63,873 bases of DNA, filler included, from Cercozoa sp. M6MM (GCA_040357565.1; 12 parts of 12 records of this genome joined end to end with filler, not necessarily neighbours in it); one strand, 5' to 3'; shown: positions 1 through 13,194, numbered from the whole stretch's first letter. The notes: generated by a model not told the origin, from the sequence alone. Program-made: numbers and translations.

Positions 1-36
1 GGGGGGGGGTAAACAGGGGGGTTAATATTGGCACAG

Positions 37-1346
37 ACGCAGCAAACGGCGACGAGGAGGAGGCCGTGGACACGTCATGGGTCGATGCGACGCATGCGCA
101 CCGCGTGCTGGACGTGCGCGTCGAGTTCGACACGTCGCGGCCCGTCGTGCGCAACGACGCCGTGCACGTCTTTGCGGGTGGGCAGCTGGTAGTCTACCCC
201 CCCCCCTGGGCCCCCGGGGGGGGGGCCCCCCGCCCCCCCAGTTGCTGTGGGACAAGTCGGTATCGACGGAGCAAGATGACGTCGTTGCTGTGGCCGGCCT
301 CGTTAGTGGACCGTTGGCGCTTCCTGTACTCCAACCTTATGCCTGTACTTCCTTTCCCCATGCCCCCCCCCCCCCCTGGACACAGGCCTACTCGGGAGCG
401 AAACTGCGTCGAGTGTTGCTGGTGACTTTGCGTTCTCTCCCCACCTCTTTAACCACTACCCCCTGGCCCCACCCCTTTAACCACTACCCCTGAGCCCCAC
501 CCCTTTAACCACTACCCCTGAGCCTCACCCCTTTAACCAATACTCGACCTGTACAGGAGTCACTGTGCAAGCTGTGCGAATGCAAGGAGCTGGGCGAGCT
601 GCCGCCCGTTCGGTCCTTCGTGGCCGAGCCACGGCAGCGACGTGTCACGCAACTCGGCGCCGTCGCTCTGCGCGAGGCCGCGCTGCGCAAGTGTCTGCGC
701 GATCAGGTGCGTTACTCTCCCTTACTCCGCTCGACCCCGGTCCTCTACCCACCCTACCCTTTGCCCACCCTTCCCTTTACCCACCCTACCCTTGCCCACC
801 CTACCCTTGCCCACCCTACCCTTTGTCCACCCTACCCTTTGTCCACCCTACCCTTTGACACACTACCCTTTGACACACTACCCCTTGCCTTCCCTGTGCA
901 GTTCCAGGGCCGAGTCTCGTTGGTGGGCAGTGCAACAGTGCCAGTGACATCGCTGGCACACGCACTCGCCGTTAGCGACGACGAGGACCTCTCGGACCAA
1001 GGTGCTGGCCATAATAACAGACAAGTGCATCCTGAGGGGGTCTATTCTTGTGTGTACAGCCGGGACAGCAGGAATCAAGACTCCGGTCAGTCTTCCGACA
1101 GTGCCACACAGCAAGACGGGACTCATAGTCGAGTCGACACAGCTCGTGGCTATTGCTGCTGCGCTGGGGTAGCCTCTCTTCGTCTAGCGAGCTCACTTTT
1201 ACGTGTCGACCATGTCTGTGTGTGCCTGTCCTCAGAGTGCTCCTGTTAGCATGGCTGCTGCGTCGTGTGCTGGCAGACTCGGACGCCGACTCAAATTGCA
1301 GCCAGTGTCAGTGCTAACGAGCGTAGTGTCGTGTCGCCCATTGTAG
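37..1346 (+). CDS. Hypothetical protein, 3' part of a multi-exon gene (5' end lies before the window)
   Basis: GC-rich exons (DTSWVDATHAHRVLDVRVEF / LLWDKSVSTEQDDVVAVAGL / ESLCKLCECKEL / FQGRVSLVGSA) separated by GT-AG introns full of C-rich repeats; probable TAG at 1344-1346; no family recognised. Confidence 0.55.
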
Positions 1347-1389
1347 GAAATGTCAATCAGATGGTCACGGTTTATGTTACGCTGTCCGC

Positions 1390-1830
1390 GTCAGTGAAAA
1401 GAACTAAATAAAAGAAGTAAGTCCGGTCTCAATTAAACGAAGCGAGGGAATCAAATGTTCAGTTAGTAGAAGCGAAGTGAAGAATTACTTCAACTGGGTT
1501 CTTACGTCAAACTAGACAGAGTTGTAGACGGAATCTTCCGTCACGGGGAAAATCGTGAGAAGAAAACCCCTTCTCTACAGCAGCCAATGCTTACTTGTGG
1601 AGGCGATATGAGTACAAACTGCAGATAATTCTGTTTGCCAACTGGCAGTCTCAATCTACAGGACAGGCTTTCAGACATGTTCAGTCACAGCTCTATAGGC
1701 GGTAGTACCGCAGAGCACAAACTCATAACTCTTCTTTCTCTTTTACTTCAATGATGGGAGACCAACTGGTCTGTCTGGGTTATCCCCGCGGAGACTAGAC
1801 TGCATATTCTGAGCCAGTCTGTAGCATTTT
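1390..1830 (+). mobile_element. Degenerate non-LTR retrotransposon relic (RTE-like ORF2 C-terminus)
   Basis: Collinear homology with the reverse complement of 37803-38600 (shared blocks such as AAGCGAAGTGAAGAATTAC, TCTCTACAGCAGCCAATGCT, TCTGTCTGGGTT). Broken translations EVKNY..VLTSN, LLYSSQC and QLVCLG recall the YLG, LLYGSETW and LRWLGH motifs of RTE ORF2. Confidence 0.5.
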
Positions 1831-1840
1831 CGGAGCTAGA

Positions 1841-1958
1841 GAGTTCGGTCTACTAAGAAACCAACAATGTTGTGAACCGAGAGGGGGGCCCCCCCCACCG
1901 AAACTAGTTCGTTAGTTCAATCTACTAGAAAACAAACTACTCTATTCCCCTGTACCAG
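1841..1958 (-). repeat. Two degenerate copies (1841-1870 partial, 1911-1958) of the dispersed end-motif family
   Basis: GTTAGTTCAATCTACTAGAAAACAAACTACTCTATTCCCCTGTACCAG aligns with the copies at 21216, 24373 and 38661, and in reverse with 62586-62713. Confidence 0.7.
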
Positions 1959-2212
1959 TTCTCTGGCGCTAACTTCATATTATCATAAGGCGAGCGTTAC
2001 GTTATCAGTCGACTACTGGGATTAATTTACAAATGGTCCTTGTCAACTTTGTCCGTGTTTTCTCTCGAGTTGGAGGTTGACTCGGCAGAATCAATAGGAC
2101 TACCGGCACTCACAGAGACATACTCTCGCACAAGATCGGCCAAACGAGCACCTAATACATATATATATATAATATATATATATACATATAAACTGATATA
2201 TGTCAAGCCCGG

Positions 2213-2890
2213 CTAGGTATTGACTTTACCCACAACGCGAGTAACGTCCTCCTCGAGTCGTACCGGATCGAGTCGCTTCAGCAGCGAACGCAAGGCCGAG
2301 TACTCCGAGCTCTGTTGCAAGGGGTAAAGAGTAAAATACAAAGGGGCTGAAAGCTAGTATGAAAACACTCACCAGTCCGAGGAAGCTGCAGATGTAGCCC
2401 AGTGGACCTTCAATGAGTTCACACGCACACACATACACACACACATGCATGCACGCACGCACACATATGTAAACATACACACTAGCTACACTCGATACAA
2501 TGAGTAAGTCTATATGTACCGGTTAGTGAGTCGCCCATGTACCGAAGCAAGGCATTGTTGCACAGTGGCCGTCCGACTCGACACACGGGGCAGTACTGCC
2601 CGAGCAAGGCAAACCCGTAAATTTACAGGCTTTATCCACCAAACTAGATGTTGGAGCACCTGACAGTAGTTGATGAAAAACTGGACTTCCGGATCACGAG
2701 GCTCGGCCTTGGCACACTCTGTCTCGCAAAGCGGACACAGTGCAAGCAGTTCACATGCCTGGAGTTGCATCGAAATTAATGTAGCCAGAGAGATTCTAGG
2801 CATGTCTACCTCAGACATCGAAAGCGCATTCGTCGCTCGGCACACAGCCAAGACAAATACAACACAAGCCACGGCCCATTTAAGCACCAT
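2213..2890 (-). CDS. Small secreted cysteine-rich protein (~130 aa, 5 exons)
   Basis: Four GT-AG introns give MVLKWAVACVVFVLAVCRATNALSMSE-ACELLALCPLCETECAK...YCQ-YCPVCRVGRPLCNNALL...GYICSFLGL-SSEYSALRSLLKRLD...NT*; hydrophobic signal peptide. Confidence 0.7.
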
Positions 2891-3021
2891 TTCAAAGGTG
2901 TTACAGAGAACTACGCTTTAAACTAAAGCCAGAATAGTGACTGGGTTCACTAACGCCACTCGATCCGTGCCTTGTCAGAAAATACGCGCAGGGTACGGGA
3001 ACTAGGGTCGAAAACCAAGCT

Positions 3022-6006
3022 CTAACAGACGGGAATATCAAGAGACACGTGGACGTGTAGTGAGGGCGCGTGCGACGGCGATGTCTGCGACAGGGCAGTG
3101 GCGACATGTTGCCGCAGCAGTGTGGCAACGTGCGTCACTCGCGTCAGGTCACCTGTGAGCATGTGCGCAAGTGTGTATACATGTGCGCATGGCTACTGGT
3201 GTGTGCACTAGGCACTGCACAGACAGAGCGAAGCGTACCTCCACACGGCGGCCTCAGTCGAACCTCGACACTGCCTTCCTGGTGCGATACGTGCGTGACC
3301 ACCTCGACCAACTCGAGCTCGTATTCTACGGGGAGGCGAGGTAAAGAGATAAAGGGGTTAGGGTGTAAAAGGGGGTAAAATGAGGGGTAAAATGGGGGTA
3401 AAATGAGGGGCAAATGGGGGGTAAAATGGGGGATAAAACTCTGTTCGATCGCGTTCCAGCATTCGAGCACTGTGCTGCGAACTTCCCTGTACAAAGGAGG
3501 GGATAAATGAAGGCGTGGGCGAATAGGGAGGTGTAACGGGGTAAAGGGAGACAGAACAAGGGGGGTAAAACGTACGGCGGTGACAACAGCTGCGCTTCGA
3601 TTATTTTTTCGCGACTTTTTTCGGCTTCGGAATCTTCCTCGGCCTGCACACGGGGTAAAAGAGTAAAGGGGTAGAGAGGGGGTAAAGGACTAAAGGGGGA
3701 GTAAAGAACTAAAGGGGGGTAAGAGGGGAAAGAGGGGAAAGGGATACGGAAGGGGTAGGGAGAAGGAGCAAAGGGAGGTAAAACACAACATGGTACATCA
3801 ACGTGAACGAGGCACTCCCTGACTTCTTCGAACTTTGACATCACCTATGAGGATAAAGGGGTAAAGTACGGGGTAGACAGGGGTAAACAGAGGGGCAAAG
3901 AGGAGGGAAACAGGGGATGCAAAGAGGGGTAAACAGGGGGGTTAAACACACCTCAAGACGCACAGTGTCGGCAATCCAGTGCGCCTCGCTTACCGATATC
4001 CGCGGCGGCACCTCCACGTGCACATCTAGAGGATAAGAAAAGGGTAAAGAGGGAGTAAAGACGAGGGTAACGAGGAGGGTAAAGAGGAGGGTAAAGAGGA
4101 GGGTAAAGAGGAGGGTAAAGAGNNNNNNNNNNAGGGTAAAGAGGAGGGTAAAGAGGAGGGTAAAGAGGAGGGTAAAGAGAGAGGTTAGAAGGGAGTTAAA
4201 ATAAAGGGGTAAGATAGGTCACCAACGAAGTTGAAAGGCCCCGAGGCACGCACGCGAAGGTCGTGGTGACCCACGTGGCCCACGTGTGACCTCGTCTCCA
4301 CCAGCAACTCCTCCACTTGCTTCCTCTGACCGGGAGGGGGCAAGGGGTACCAGGGTAAGGGGGTAAAGGGGGTGAAGCACACCAGGACAGGATTGACGTC
4401 GGCGTCGACGAGTTCCAACGCAGCACGAGCGCCGGTTTCGTAGGCCGTCCTATCACACACGCACACAGACAGCGTTTCTCCCAGTGTCCGCGCGGAGGCT
4501 GAAACTACTTCATGAGCATGCCAGACACGACCAGGGCACCGGCTGAGTCTGCGGAACAGGAGAACAAAGGGGGTAAACAGAGGGGTAAACAGAAGGGTAA
4601 ACAGGGGTAAACAGGGGGTAAACAGAGGGTAAACAGAGGGTAAACAGGGGGAGTAAGCAGTTGGTAAACAGAGGAAGTAAAGAGAGGGTAAAGAATGTAC
4701 CCAACATGGGCACTCCGAGAAACATAGCGCCTCCCGCTCCTAACAGAGCCGCCACCGATGACTAACACAATAGGGGGGGGGTAAACAGGGGGTAAACAGG
4801 GGGTAAATAGGGGGTAAATAGGGGAGGTAAACGGGGGAAGGGGGAGTAAAGGTGTATACATAGGCATCGCTGCGGTGGTGCCACGCATTGGCCATGAGTG
4901 CCTGAGATCGCGTCCGCGCGGCCACTCGCTTCGTCTGTTGTCCCGAATAGTCCATTTGTACTTACGTCCAGTTGTACATCCAAATATAATTATTAAGGGA
5001 GCGGAATAACCTGTTGGAACAGGTACTCCTTGATGCCCACGGAGACACCGGCGGCGACAGCGCACCACACCGACGGCACCGACTCCACCGTGCCCTGGGA
5101 GAGAAGGTTAAAAGGGAGGAAACAGGGAGTAAAAGAGGGGTAAAGAGGGAGAGGGTGATACCTGGTAGGCCGCGTACAGGTCGGTGATGGCACTGACGCC
5201 GACAGAGGCACTCGTGGCACCCAGCAGAGCTGCCACACTGCTCGGGGGGGGGGGGGGAAAAAACATCGAGATAAACAAGAAGCAAACGGGGGAAAACGGG
5301 GGGGGGGTAACTAGGGGTAAACAGGGGAGAGGGATAACTAGGGGGTAAACAGGGGAGTAAAAGACAAGCGAGATACCCAAGCGCACCAAGTGAGTCCACT
5401 CGGCCCTGCGACAAGACAGTATTCATACCATATACACATAACATATATGTATCTGTATCTGTGTCTGTATCTGTATCTGTGTGTATACATGTATATCTAG
5501 AGTGTACAAAAGAAACGCAGACATGCAGGACACCCCTTTCACAAACACACTAGGCACAGAGGCAGGAGGGTACATGTCCGTAGGGATGTCTTTCCGACGA
5601 CGGCAGGTGCGAACGCTGTAGGCAAAAGTAGGTCACGCCGTCGCTCAGCAGGTCGCCCAGGGCTACAAGTACAATTGTACAGGAGGGTCATAGATCCTCA
5701 AGAAGCATTCCCCGAGCTAAAAACATTTAAGGAAGCAAGTACAATGAATGCCATCGGCCACCAAGGCGGCGCTGTTGCCAAACACGCCAATCCCGACCTT
5801 GCCTGCCGCCAGAGTCACGTTGGCAGCAGCGCCTAATTCCGTCACCTTCTCGCCCTCTGCCTACGCCTCAAACGGCAACGGTCCATCATGCAGACACACA
5901 CAAAAGAGGAGTGAAAGTCGTCTCATCTCACCAGGTCCTCATTCGTCGGCGCTGACAGAGGACGAAAATAACAGGCCACGCGAGCTGTACTCAAGCGGTT
6001 TAGCAT
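3022..6006 (-). CDS. Cation diffusion facilitator metal transporter, MMT1/2-like (probably mitochondrial), 17 exons
   Basis: Spliced protein has the CDF motifs NSAALVADGIHSLGD, HPYGHGR and ALMANAWHHRSD, and a C-terminal dimerisation domain (DVHVEVPPRISVSEAHWIA...LVHVD); N-terminus is Arg/Ser-rich and presequence-like. Confidence 0.92.
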
Positions 6007-6208
6007 TCAAAAACTAAACTGCCGCGCAAAAAAGTACGTCACAGCGGTTCTGAGAGGCCGCAACTGCACCCCGAAGCTGACTGGACGAATATAAAGAAAA
6101 ATCAGCTGCGCCTTTTATCGACTTCTGGACGCTTAGCAGGAACACGACGACCGAGGCGAGCGTTTTGAAAGTGTATTAAAGCGCGTTAGCCTATTGGAAG
6201 ACGCGGAA

Positions 6209-6988
6209 ATGCATGAGCGACGCGCGAGGTATGCCAGAAAATGTGGTTTTCACATCGCTTTTTTTCGTTGCACTGTATCCGCGCGGATGTGTTGAGCAGG
6301 TCGCACACGCTTCCGGGCAGTGGGCCTCCCGCACGTTTTCTTTGGCCGCAGGCTTCTGATGACGATGATATGGTTTCCTGCGATACCCTGGAACTGTGGT
6401 TTGGTCCTTTTCTATGGCTTTTTTTGCGCTCAGCATTTCGTTGACGAGATCCTGCAGGAGCTGCGGCAAATGGTGCGACAGCATCGGCCGCAGCACCCAC
6501 TTCTGTACATGCGGTAGGCGTTACTTCAGTAAATAGAATGAAATCTGGGTGAAAGTCTTGTTTTAGCGACTGGCTGAGCAATCGAGCGGCCATCGAATTG
6601 GACGCGAAGCGTCGTCGGCAGTCTCCCAAGTACAGTTTAGTCCTTCTGCCCCGCCTTCTTGACTTTGTTTTTTAAATCCAGTTTCGTACTCCTTGTCTAC
6701 CCTGATACCACCCTTACATCCCATTGTTGCTCCATCAGCGATGATGCGCTGGACGAGGAGGAGCGCCGGTCGCTCCATGTGCAAGCACTCGCGAGTCCTC
6801 CTCGTGGTAGGCTTGCACTCCCGTGTGCCTTCTTTACTCTCTTTTGCTTTTCCTCATTTTTACCACCTTACTCTATCCACCTATATAGACACATACTTAC
6901 CATACTTACCCCTCCCCCAGTCCCACCAATCACAGAGAAGGCAGTGCTGCCGCACGAATTGCGACGAGACACTGTGCTGCCTCCGGAG
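6209..6988 (+). CDS. Protein with an RIIa/Dpy-30-type dimerisation-docking domain (3' truncated at gap)
   Basis: Spliced exons give ILQELRQMVRQHRPQHPLLYMRDWL, matching the D/D pattern LxxLxxxVxxxxPxxPLxYxxxW/F. Confidence 0.55.
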
Positions 6989-7001
6989 GTAGTTCCCTCC
7001 C

Positions 7002-7051
<50 letters not shown>

Positions 7052-7088
7052 AGACACACACACACAGACACAGACACAGACACACACA

Positions 7089-7188
7089 NNNNNNNNNNNN
7101 NNNNNNNNNNNNNNNNNNNNNNNNNNNNNNNNTTAATTAATTAANNNNNNNNNNNNNNNNNNNNNNNNNNNNNNNNNNNNNNNNNNNN
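7089..7188. other. Artificial contig spacer N44-TTAATTAATTAA-N44; further copies have their 12-mer at 14793, 21529, 26843, 30636, 35121, 39794, 45377, 52824, 59769 and 62226
   Basis: Identical 12-mer with stops in all six frames, centred in N runs, 11 times. Confidence 0.97.
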
Positions 7189-7434
7189 GAGGTGGCGCTG
7201 CACAACGAGCTGCTCGGCGACATCGAAGCGCAGGCCGACATTGTCGACAACAAGATCGTTCGCAACACACAGGTATCCTAGTTTACCCCTCTCACCTACC
7301 CTTTTACCCCCCCCCCCCCTAAACAGAGAGCCGAGCGCGTGATTGTCAAGTCGTCTGGCAAGATGGGCTGCCTCTGCATGATCGTGCTGCTCATTGTCAT
7401 GATCGCCATGCTCTTCATTCCCGGCAAGAAGTAG
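7189..7434 (+). CDS. Qc-SNARE (syntaxin-6/8, SYP5/6-like) C-terminus, 5' truncated
   Basis: EVALHNELLGDIEAQADIVDNKIVRNTQ-RAERVIVKSSGKMGCLCMIVLLIVMIAMLFIPGKK*: SNARE heptads plus a tail anchor. Confidence 0.8.
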
Positions 7435-7780
7435 ACCTCAGTACCGACGCTTGCTACAACCACTGGTTATCGCACGATATCGTCTGATCGTATCAGTCAC
7501 GTCTAGAACTCAAAGTGTATTGTTTTTCCCGCGCCGTTGTTCGGTTTCCACGACAGTCGTTCCTACGTAGTACTAGCTCTGCTGAAAGTCTAAAACTTAA
7601 CTTGGCATACGGTCAGGTAGCATGCTATGACGTTATGACACTAGTATACGGTGCAGCCCGTTCAGACGGTTCAAACCGACGGGACTGCAGCAGCGGCGTT
7701 GTGTATCCTGAGGCCGTGCGCAGAAAGCGGACTAGATGCGACTAAATTACAAAGAAAAATGCAAAATGGACTTGAGTCGA

Positions 7781-8462
7781 TTACTGAGGGAGAAACGTGG
7801 TACCAGTGTGATCGGTCATTGACGTGTCTGAGAAAGAGAGCGGCGCCTCGAATTCAGCAGCGGCACTTTTGCTCTCGTCGTTGTCATCGTCAGTATTCTC
7901 GTTGTTTTTGTTGCTGTTTTCGTCGTTGTCATCGTCATTATTTCTTTCGTCGTTTTGAAGCATTTTGCGCCTCCTTTTCGCTTCCGGCAGCTGCACAAAT
8001 GTTGTGTCACCACAGGACCAAAGAGAGAGAAAAAGATCAAATCTACGGCTAGTTGCTCCGGTGGCGAAAGTCGCTTGTTGATGCGGAACTTGCCGTGCTC
8101 GTGAAATTGTTGTTTTCGTCGGTGTTTGCGTCCAACTACACCCAACGGTGTTAGTTTTAAAACGTGGCAAAATCAAAGAATCGACCTTGCTGGCCGTCGA
8201 GTGAAAGTGAGCCGAAACTGTCGTCCAACTCCAGTTCTGAACATTGAGAAATCGACGCGAGTCTCCAAGGCAACAGAAAATTACTACCTTCACTTGGTTG
8301 TCTCGAACGCCGCTTGCTTCCTGTTTCAACCTTCTCCTGAAACGACAAAAAAGCAGAATTTAGTCCCGTGAAACCTCCGTGTCAGACCGAGTCCAGCAGG
8401 TCAGCAATACCGAATCGCTTCTTGGAGGGGCGGCGCGAAAACCGAGCAAAGTCCGCCTCCAT
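7781..8462 (-). CDS. Hypothetical basic/acidic low-complexity protein
   Basis: GT-AG introns allow MEADFARFSRRPSKKRF...KRRRKMLQNDERNNDDDNDE...; both ends and the frame are uncertain. Confidence 0.4.
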
Positions 8463-8597
8463 CTGGGTTCAAACACACAAGTCATAGACACCAGAGAGCT
8501 GAAAGCAAGTCACAAAATACCCTTTGGGATCCAGTACACGTAGGCGGTCAAAGTGTGACATTGTCCAAAACAAAACGTCAAAATCACACAAATTTAG

Positions 8598-10381
8598 ATG
8601 ACCGAGACACAAGCTAAGGGTCCGTACAATAGCTTTGCAACATAAACACAAAACAAGGACTCAAAAGACGGACTCCAGGACAAAAGCGCGGGAGATCTGG
8701 GGATTGGTTAAGTGTGCGCGACTGGCTACCGTGGGGGTGCCAGCGTTGCACAGTGTGCGCTGACTTGTGACCATACCTTCGCTGATGAAGGAGTGTGCAA
8801 TCTGCGGCGAACACGCCGAGTTCCCTGTACGATCTCGTTCTTCGACCACCTTCTGGCAGCAGTTGTTTTCGTCAGCAGGTACGCCGGTGTTCCAGCTCCT
8901 CCAAATCGGTTGACGTCTGCGCGGACTGCTGGATTGGACATGGTGCATCTACACGCACAGCAGTTGAACGCAGGGTATTGTTTGAATATCAGTGAGAGCA
9001 CGTATCGAATCTGGCGAGGTGACACGGGTCAGGTACCCGTCATAGCGGATGTGTGAAAAATAGCCAGTCATAATACTGACTGCAGGTGTCTCTGCGATAC
9101 GACTTGCTCGCGTTTTCTAACGAGTACTGAAGTGGAAGAACTGCTAGAGTCAGAGTCGGAGTTGCTGGCGCGTTTTTTGCGACTCTTCCAGCAGGCGCAG
9201 TTTGCGTAAAGTTTGAGTGCTTTCAAAATGCACAAACAAGACTGAGTCAAGTGTTTGTTTGGACGCGCAGTGCGAATCCGCTGACGCGTTGGTGTCCAGA
9301 TCCACGCTGTGCCTCGCCCACGTTGCTGGAGTCAAAGCCTCCCAGGACGACTGACTCGCCCATCAAGGTGCGCGTTTCTTCTGCTTTTGACGCTTCGGCC
9401 GATGTGGATGCAACTTTTTGATAGGTCACATGTCAAGCCTGCGATCGGTCATATTGCGCCTCGTGTCAGACACAGCCCTTCCATGCCGGTAAGGTTTCTT
9501 GGTACGTATTGTGGGTGCGTATCACATATAGGTGCAGGCAACTGTACCACAAAGAAGCATGACGACTGGCCGCAGACTAGTGTAACCTGTCTGTACGTAT
9601 CTACATTGCAAAAGCGAGGTCTCTGGGTGTCTGCAGGAAGAGGTGCAGCAGTGCCCAAAGTGTTCGACGCGTATTATCAAACTGGAGGGTTGCAACCACG
9701 TCGCGTACTTTCTTGCTCTTCTTTCTATCATTCTCTCTTCTAATTCGCTTCTTAGTTGCACGACATGCGGACACGAGTTCTGCTGGCTTTGTCGGCGTCC
9801 CTACACCTCCGATCACTACGATTGGTAGCCCTGACCAGCCCTGCCTCTTGCTGTACTATTCTTCTCTTGCACAGGGACAACGAGAATGGCTGCGCCTCGG
9901 CTCAGTTCCGCGACCGACGAAAAACGCAGGCTGAGGTATTAAACATTGTGCAAATGAAACGGTACTTGTTCTTTTTGCACCTGCCCATTTGTTCTTTTGT
10001 ACCTGTTCAGGTCCGTCGAGAAATCCAAGAACGAAAAGCGTCTGAGCGCGCCTTTTTCTGGCGACGGTATGTTTCTGCATTTGCCAAAACCATAGTCTCT
10101 GCTCTACTGTATCGCGTCTTAGTGTGCGATCGACACTGTTCTCCTACCTTTGTCTGCCGCTGTCGATGCCGGCGTGCCTATGCGCACTTTGTTCCATGCG
10201 AAGTGCCTTTCTCTACCTGAACGTGTATTCTACGTGCGGACGAGTGTGTCGAAACTTATATAAAACGGTGCGTGTAGTGGAGTGCTGCGAGAGCTGCGCC
10301 GACGCCTGCTGTGTCGACGCTTGCTGCTGTCAGCCGTGCGACAACCTGCTGTTGCAGCGCTCGCTGGCGCGCCATCTCTAA
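8598..10381 (+). CDS. RBR (RING1-IBR-RING2) E3 ubiquitin ligase
   Basis: RING1-like CAIC...CADC...CLCDTTC; IBR RWCPDPRC...CQACDRSYCASCQTQPFH; RING2 [30 protein letters not shown] with the catalytic Cys. Confidence 0.9.
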
Positions 10382-10600
10382 CCAACCGACCGTTTCCTTC
10401 ACGTCAGTTGGTTCGTTTCGGACTCTCTCAATGTACCGTCAAGAACGAAAAGGCTTCGCTTAACTCGTTAACTATGTTGGACAAGCCGAGCTTGCCGGTT
10501 TTTGTTTACGACTGTGCATCAACGAGCATTTGATTCGATTCGGATAGCATTAAACGACTCGACTAGTATCACGCAACACGCGACGTGCAGGTGGCTGCAG

Positions 10601-13194
10601 TCATTCCGGATGAACTTTAGCCTCAGCGTGACTGGACTCCGACTCAGACACGGTGTCCGTGTCGTCAGAAAGGAACTCCGGCGGCGGTGCGAAGAAGGCT
10701 TCGGGCGAGGCATGACGCGTCACGTCAATCTCCACTGTTGCAGCAGCAAAATTAACTGCAAAATACCACAGCAAAGCATGTGCGATGGTACCATCATCGT
10801 CATACTCTTCGTCATATTCTTCGTCGTCTTCATCTTCATCTGATACATTTTCGGATACGACGTCTTCTTGTTCTTCAAAATCAGACTCTGTTCAATCGAT
10901 TGAACACAATTGTGCTTTCAATGCGAAACTTGTGATGCAGGAAGGGTACCATCCGAATCATTAAATTCATCCTCCTGTGCGAGTTCGCTTTCAAGTTCTT
11001 CCTGAGTCTCCTCGACCTCGGTGGGAAGATTGAACGCGTCGCCTGTCTGGAAGTTCATCGGGTACTGCACAAACGCATGTAGCCACACGTGCACAGTTCG
11101 AACACACAGAGCAAAAGTGATACGGCAACATCAGCGTCATTTGCCTTGAGCGCGTCGCGCAAGGCCGCACGCACATCGTTGTGTTCGATACGGCGCATCA
11201 CTTCGTCCTGCTTACAACGCAGACATCCACGTGGATCCAGTCACACCGTGTGAGAATGTTACGTCATCAACAAGTGCGATCAGTTCGTCACGCTCGCTCT
11301 GTTCCAGTGGCAAATCGACGCTGCTCAAAGTTAAACAACATCGCCCAAAAGACAAGAATGAAAGACAAAGGGCACCTGTGAGCGCGTCGTGTGAATGAAT
11401 CGAGTGCGCGGTGTTTGACTTCGCCTGGAAACACAAATACTCAACTGACAAAGGTACAGACAAAAAAGTAGTCATACTGGGCAAGGTCTCATCGTGGATG
11501 ATCGGCAACACTGCGTCCTCCCAGACTTGCCACATATCAGTACTCGTCTACAAAACATCCCCAAGTGGTTGTTGCATTCAACACAAACAAAAGACATTGC
11601 TTACCGTAGACACGGCAAGCAGGAGGGTCAAAACAGATGTCCGTGCGGGCAGTGGCAGAAACGACACAAGTTGCGACAGACGATCCTCCGAACGCGCTAA
11701 TACGCGGCGATTATGTCGATAGAAACAACACAAAACGTGGGTGAATGGAGAAGTCAAAACGATACCTTGGAATCGTTTATCCGGGTGCACGTCGATCAAA
11801 GGGAGTTGTGTCGCCACTTGGCATACTCTTTGACAAACGCACTTTCACTTGTGCACTTGTTTCAGAAGAAGAGAAGTGTACCGCGTGAGGATGTGGATGC
11901 ACATGTCGAACGAAGAACGGCCAGCACGAATGACATTGTTCGCTACAAGCACACAATACACATGTCTTTAAACAGCTTTAGCTAATTCAAATAACACAAA
12001 TTTACGCAAGTAAATGTCCGGGTTCTCAAAGGTCTTGCGCACTTTCTGTTGCAGCCACGTCAGTTTAGATAGTACAAAACTAAGCTTGTCCAATCAAAGC
12101 CTTGAATACCCGCAAAGTTTCGATGATTGCGTTCAAATCGTACTCGCCTGGCAGGTCATGCACACACTTGGCCTGCAGCAGCAACGACAAGACACGTCAG
12201 AGTCAGAGAGAAAAGAGGCAAGTCAAGTCGCACCCAGTTGCCTGCAGCGTGCATGTCGTCCACGGACAAAGCGTCCGAACAAAGTTTCGCGGCCGAGCAG
12301 CGCCAGGACATGAGTGCCAGTGTGCTGGACTACAGGACTTGCTTGCTTCAACAGTCACGCACACAACCCGACAGAGAAAGAAGAGTGCTACCTGTCGCTT
12401 GGATGCCTTCGCTCGCGACTGCCGCAGGAGCTGACGTCGTCTGCCGTGCGATATTTCCCTATCTGTGCAAGAGAGAGGTAATCTACACAAACACTTTGCG
12501 ACACAAAGAGACAGAGGCAAAGATACCCTTTTCTGCGGCGGAAGCACGCGCTGTGAAGAAGCACACGCCTTCCCAATACAGCTGCGCCACCGGATCGGCA
12601 GTCTTCCTCGCCTGTGCAGACAGGACATAACACAAGCACGCGGTCGTATCAGCAGTCATCCACATGCTTTCACAGAAGATACCTGTCTGGTGAGTCGGGG
12701 ATAAGAACCACCTTGGATGCCTTCCACCTGTACAGACCAGTTTCTCGTTTCAAGCAAAGAAAACCGTCTAACGCACCATCTCAACGCCGAGCACATGAGA
12801 AGCGCGTCGCTTTGCTGATTTTGTCGAGTTCTGAACACACAAACTTTCAAACAGAGGGAACCACGAGAAGAACGAAACCACAGTACCGTCTTGCTAACAA
12901 CACGCGCCGCTCGGTGTTTCTTGTCATACTTGCTTGCGTACTTTGCCTTCAGCTCATCCTACATCAAGAACCTAACGAACAGCATTGGCAGTTCGTGTAC
13001 TGAAACGTACTTGAGACAGCTCATGACTGGAGCGGTGGACGCTTTGCTCTACGCAAAGAAGAAAAACCACCTCACAATGGAAGGCAACTCAAAGCAACAA
13101 ACAAAAGAAGCAAACCATCGAGCGAAATTGCCAAATTGCGTCCCACGCATCGCAGCAATGAAACGCGTCGTTGAATCGTTCTTGAAATCCACAT
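10601..13194 (-). CDS. Hypothetical multi-exon protein with helical core and highly acidic C-terminal tail
   Basis: Many GT-AG-bounded exons; final exons EVEETQEELESELAQEDEF...DEDEDDEEYDEEYDDD...VHPE*; start codon uncertain. Confidence 0.55.

Noticed and set aside
3330-5370. GGGGTAAA arrays as interstitial telomere repeats or forkhead (GTAAACA) sites
   Set aside because: Units are irregular, differ from TTAGGG/TTTAGGG-type repeats, are confined to introns and flip with gene direction
7133-7144. TTAATTAATTAA repeated 11 times (possible piggyBac target or regulatory site)
   Set aside because: Always centred in N runs and has stops in all six frames; it is an assembly linker
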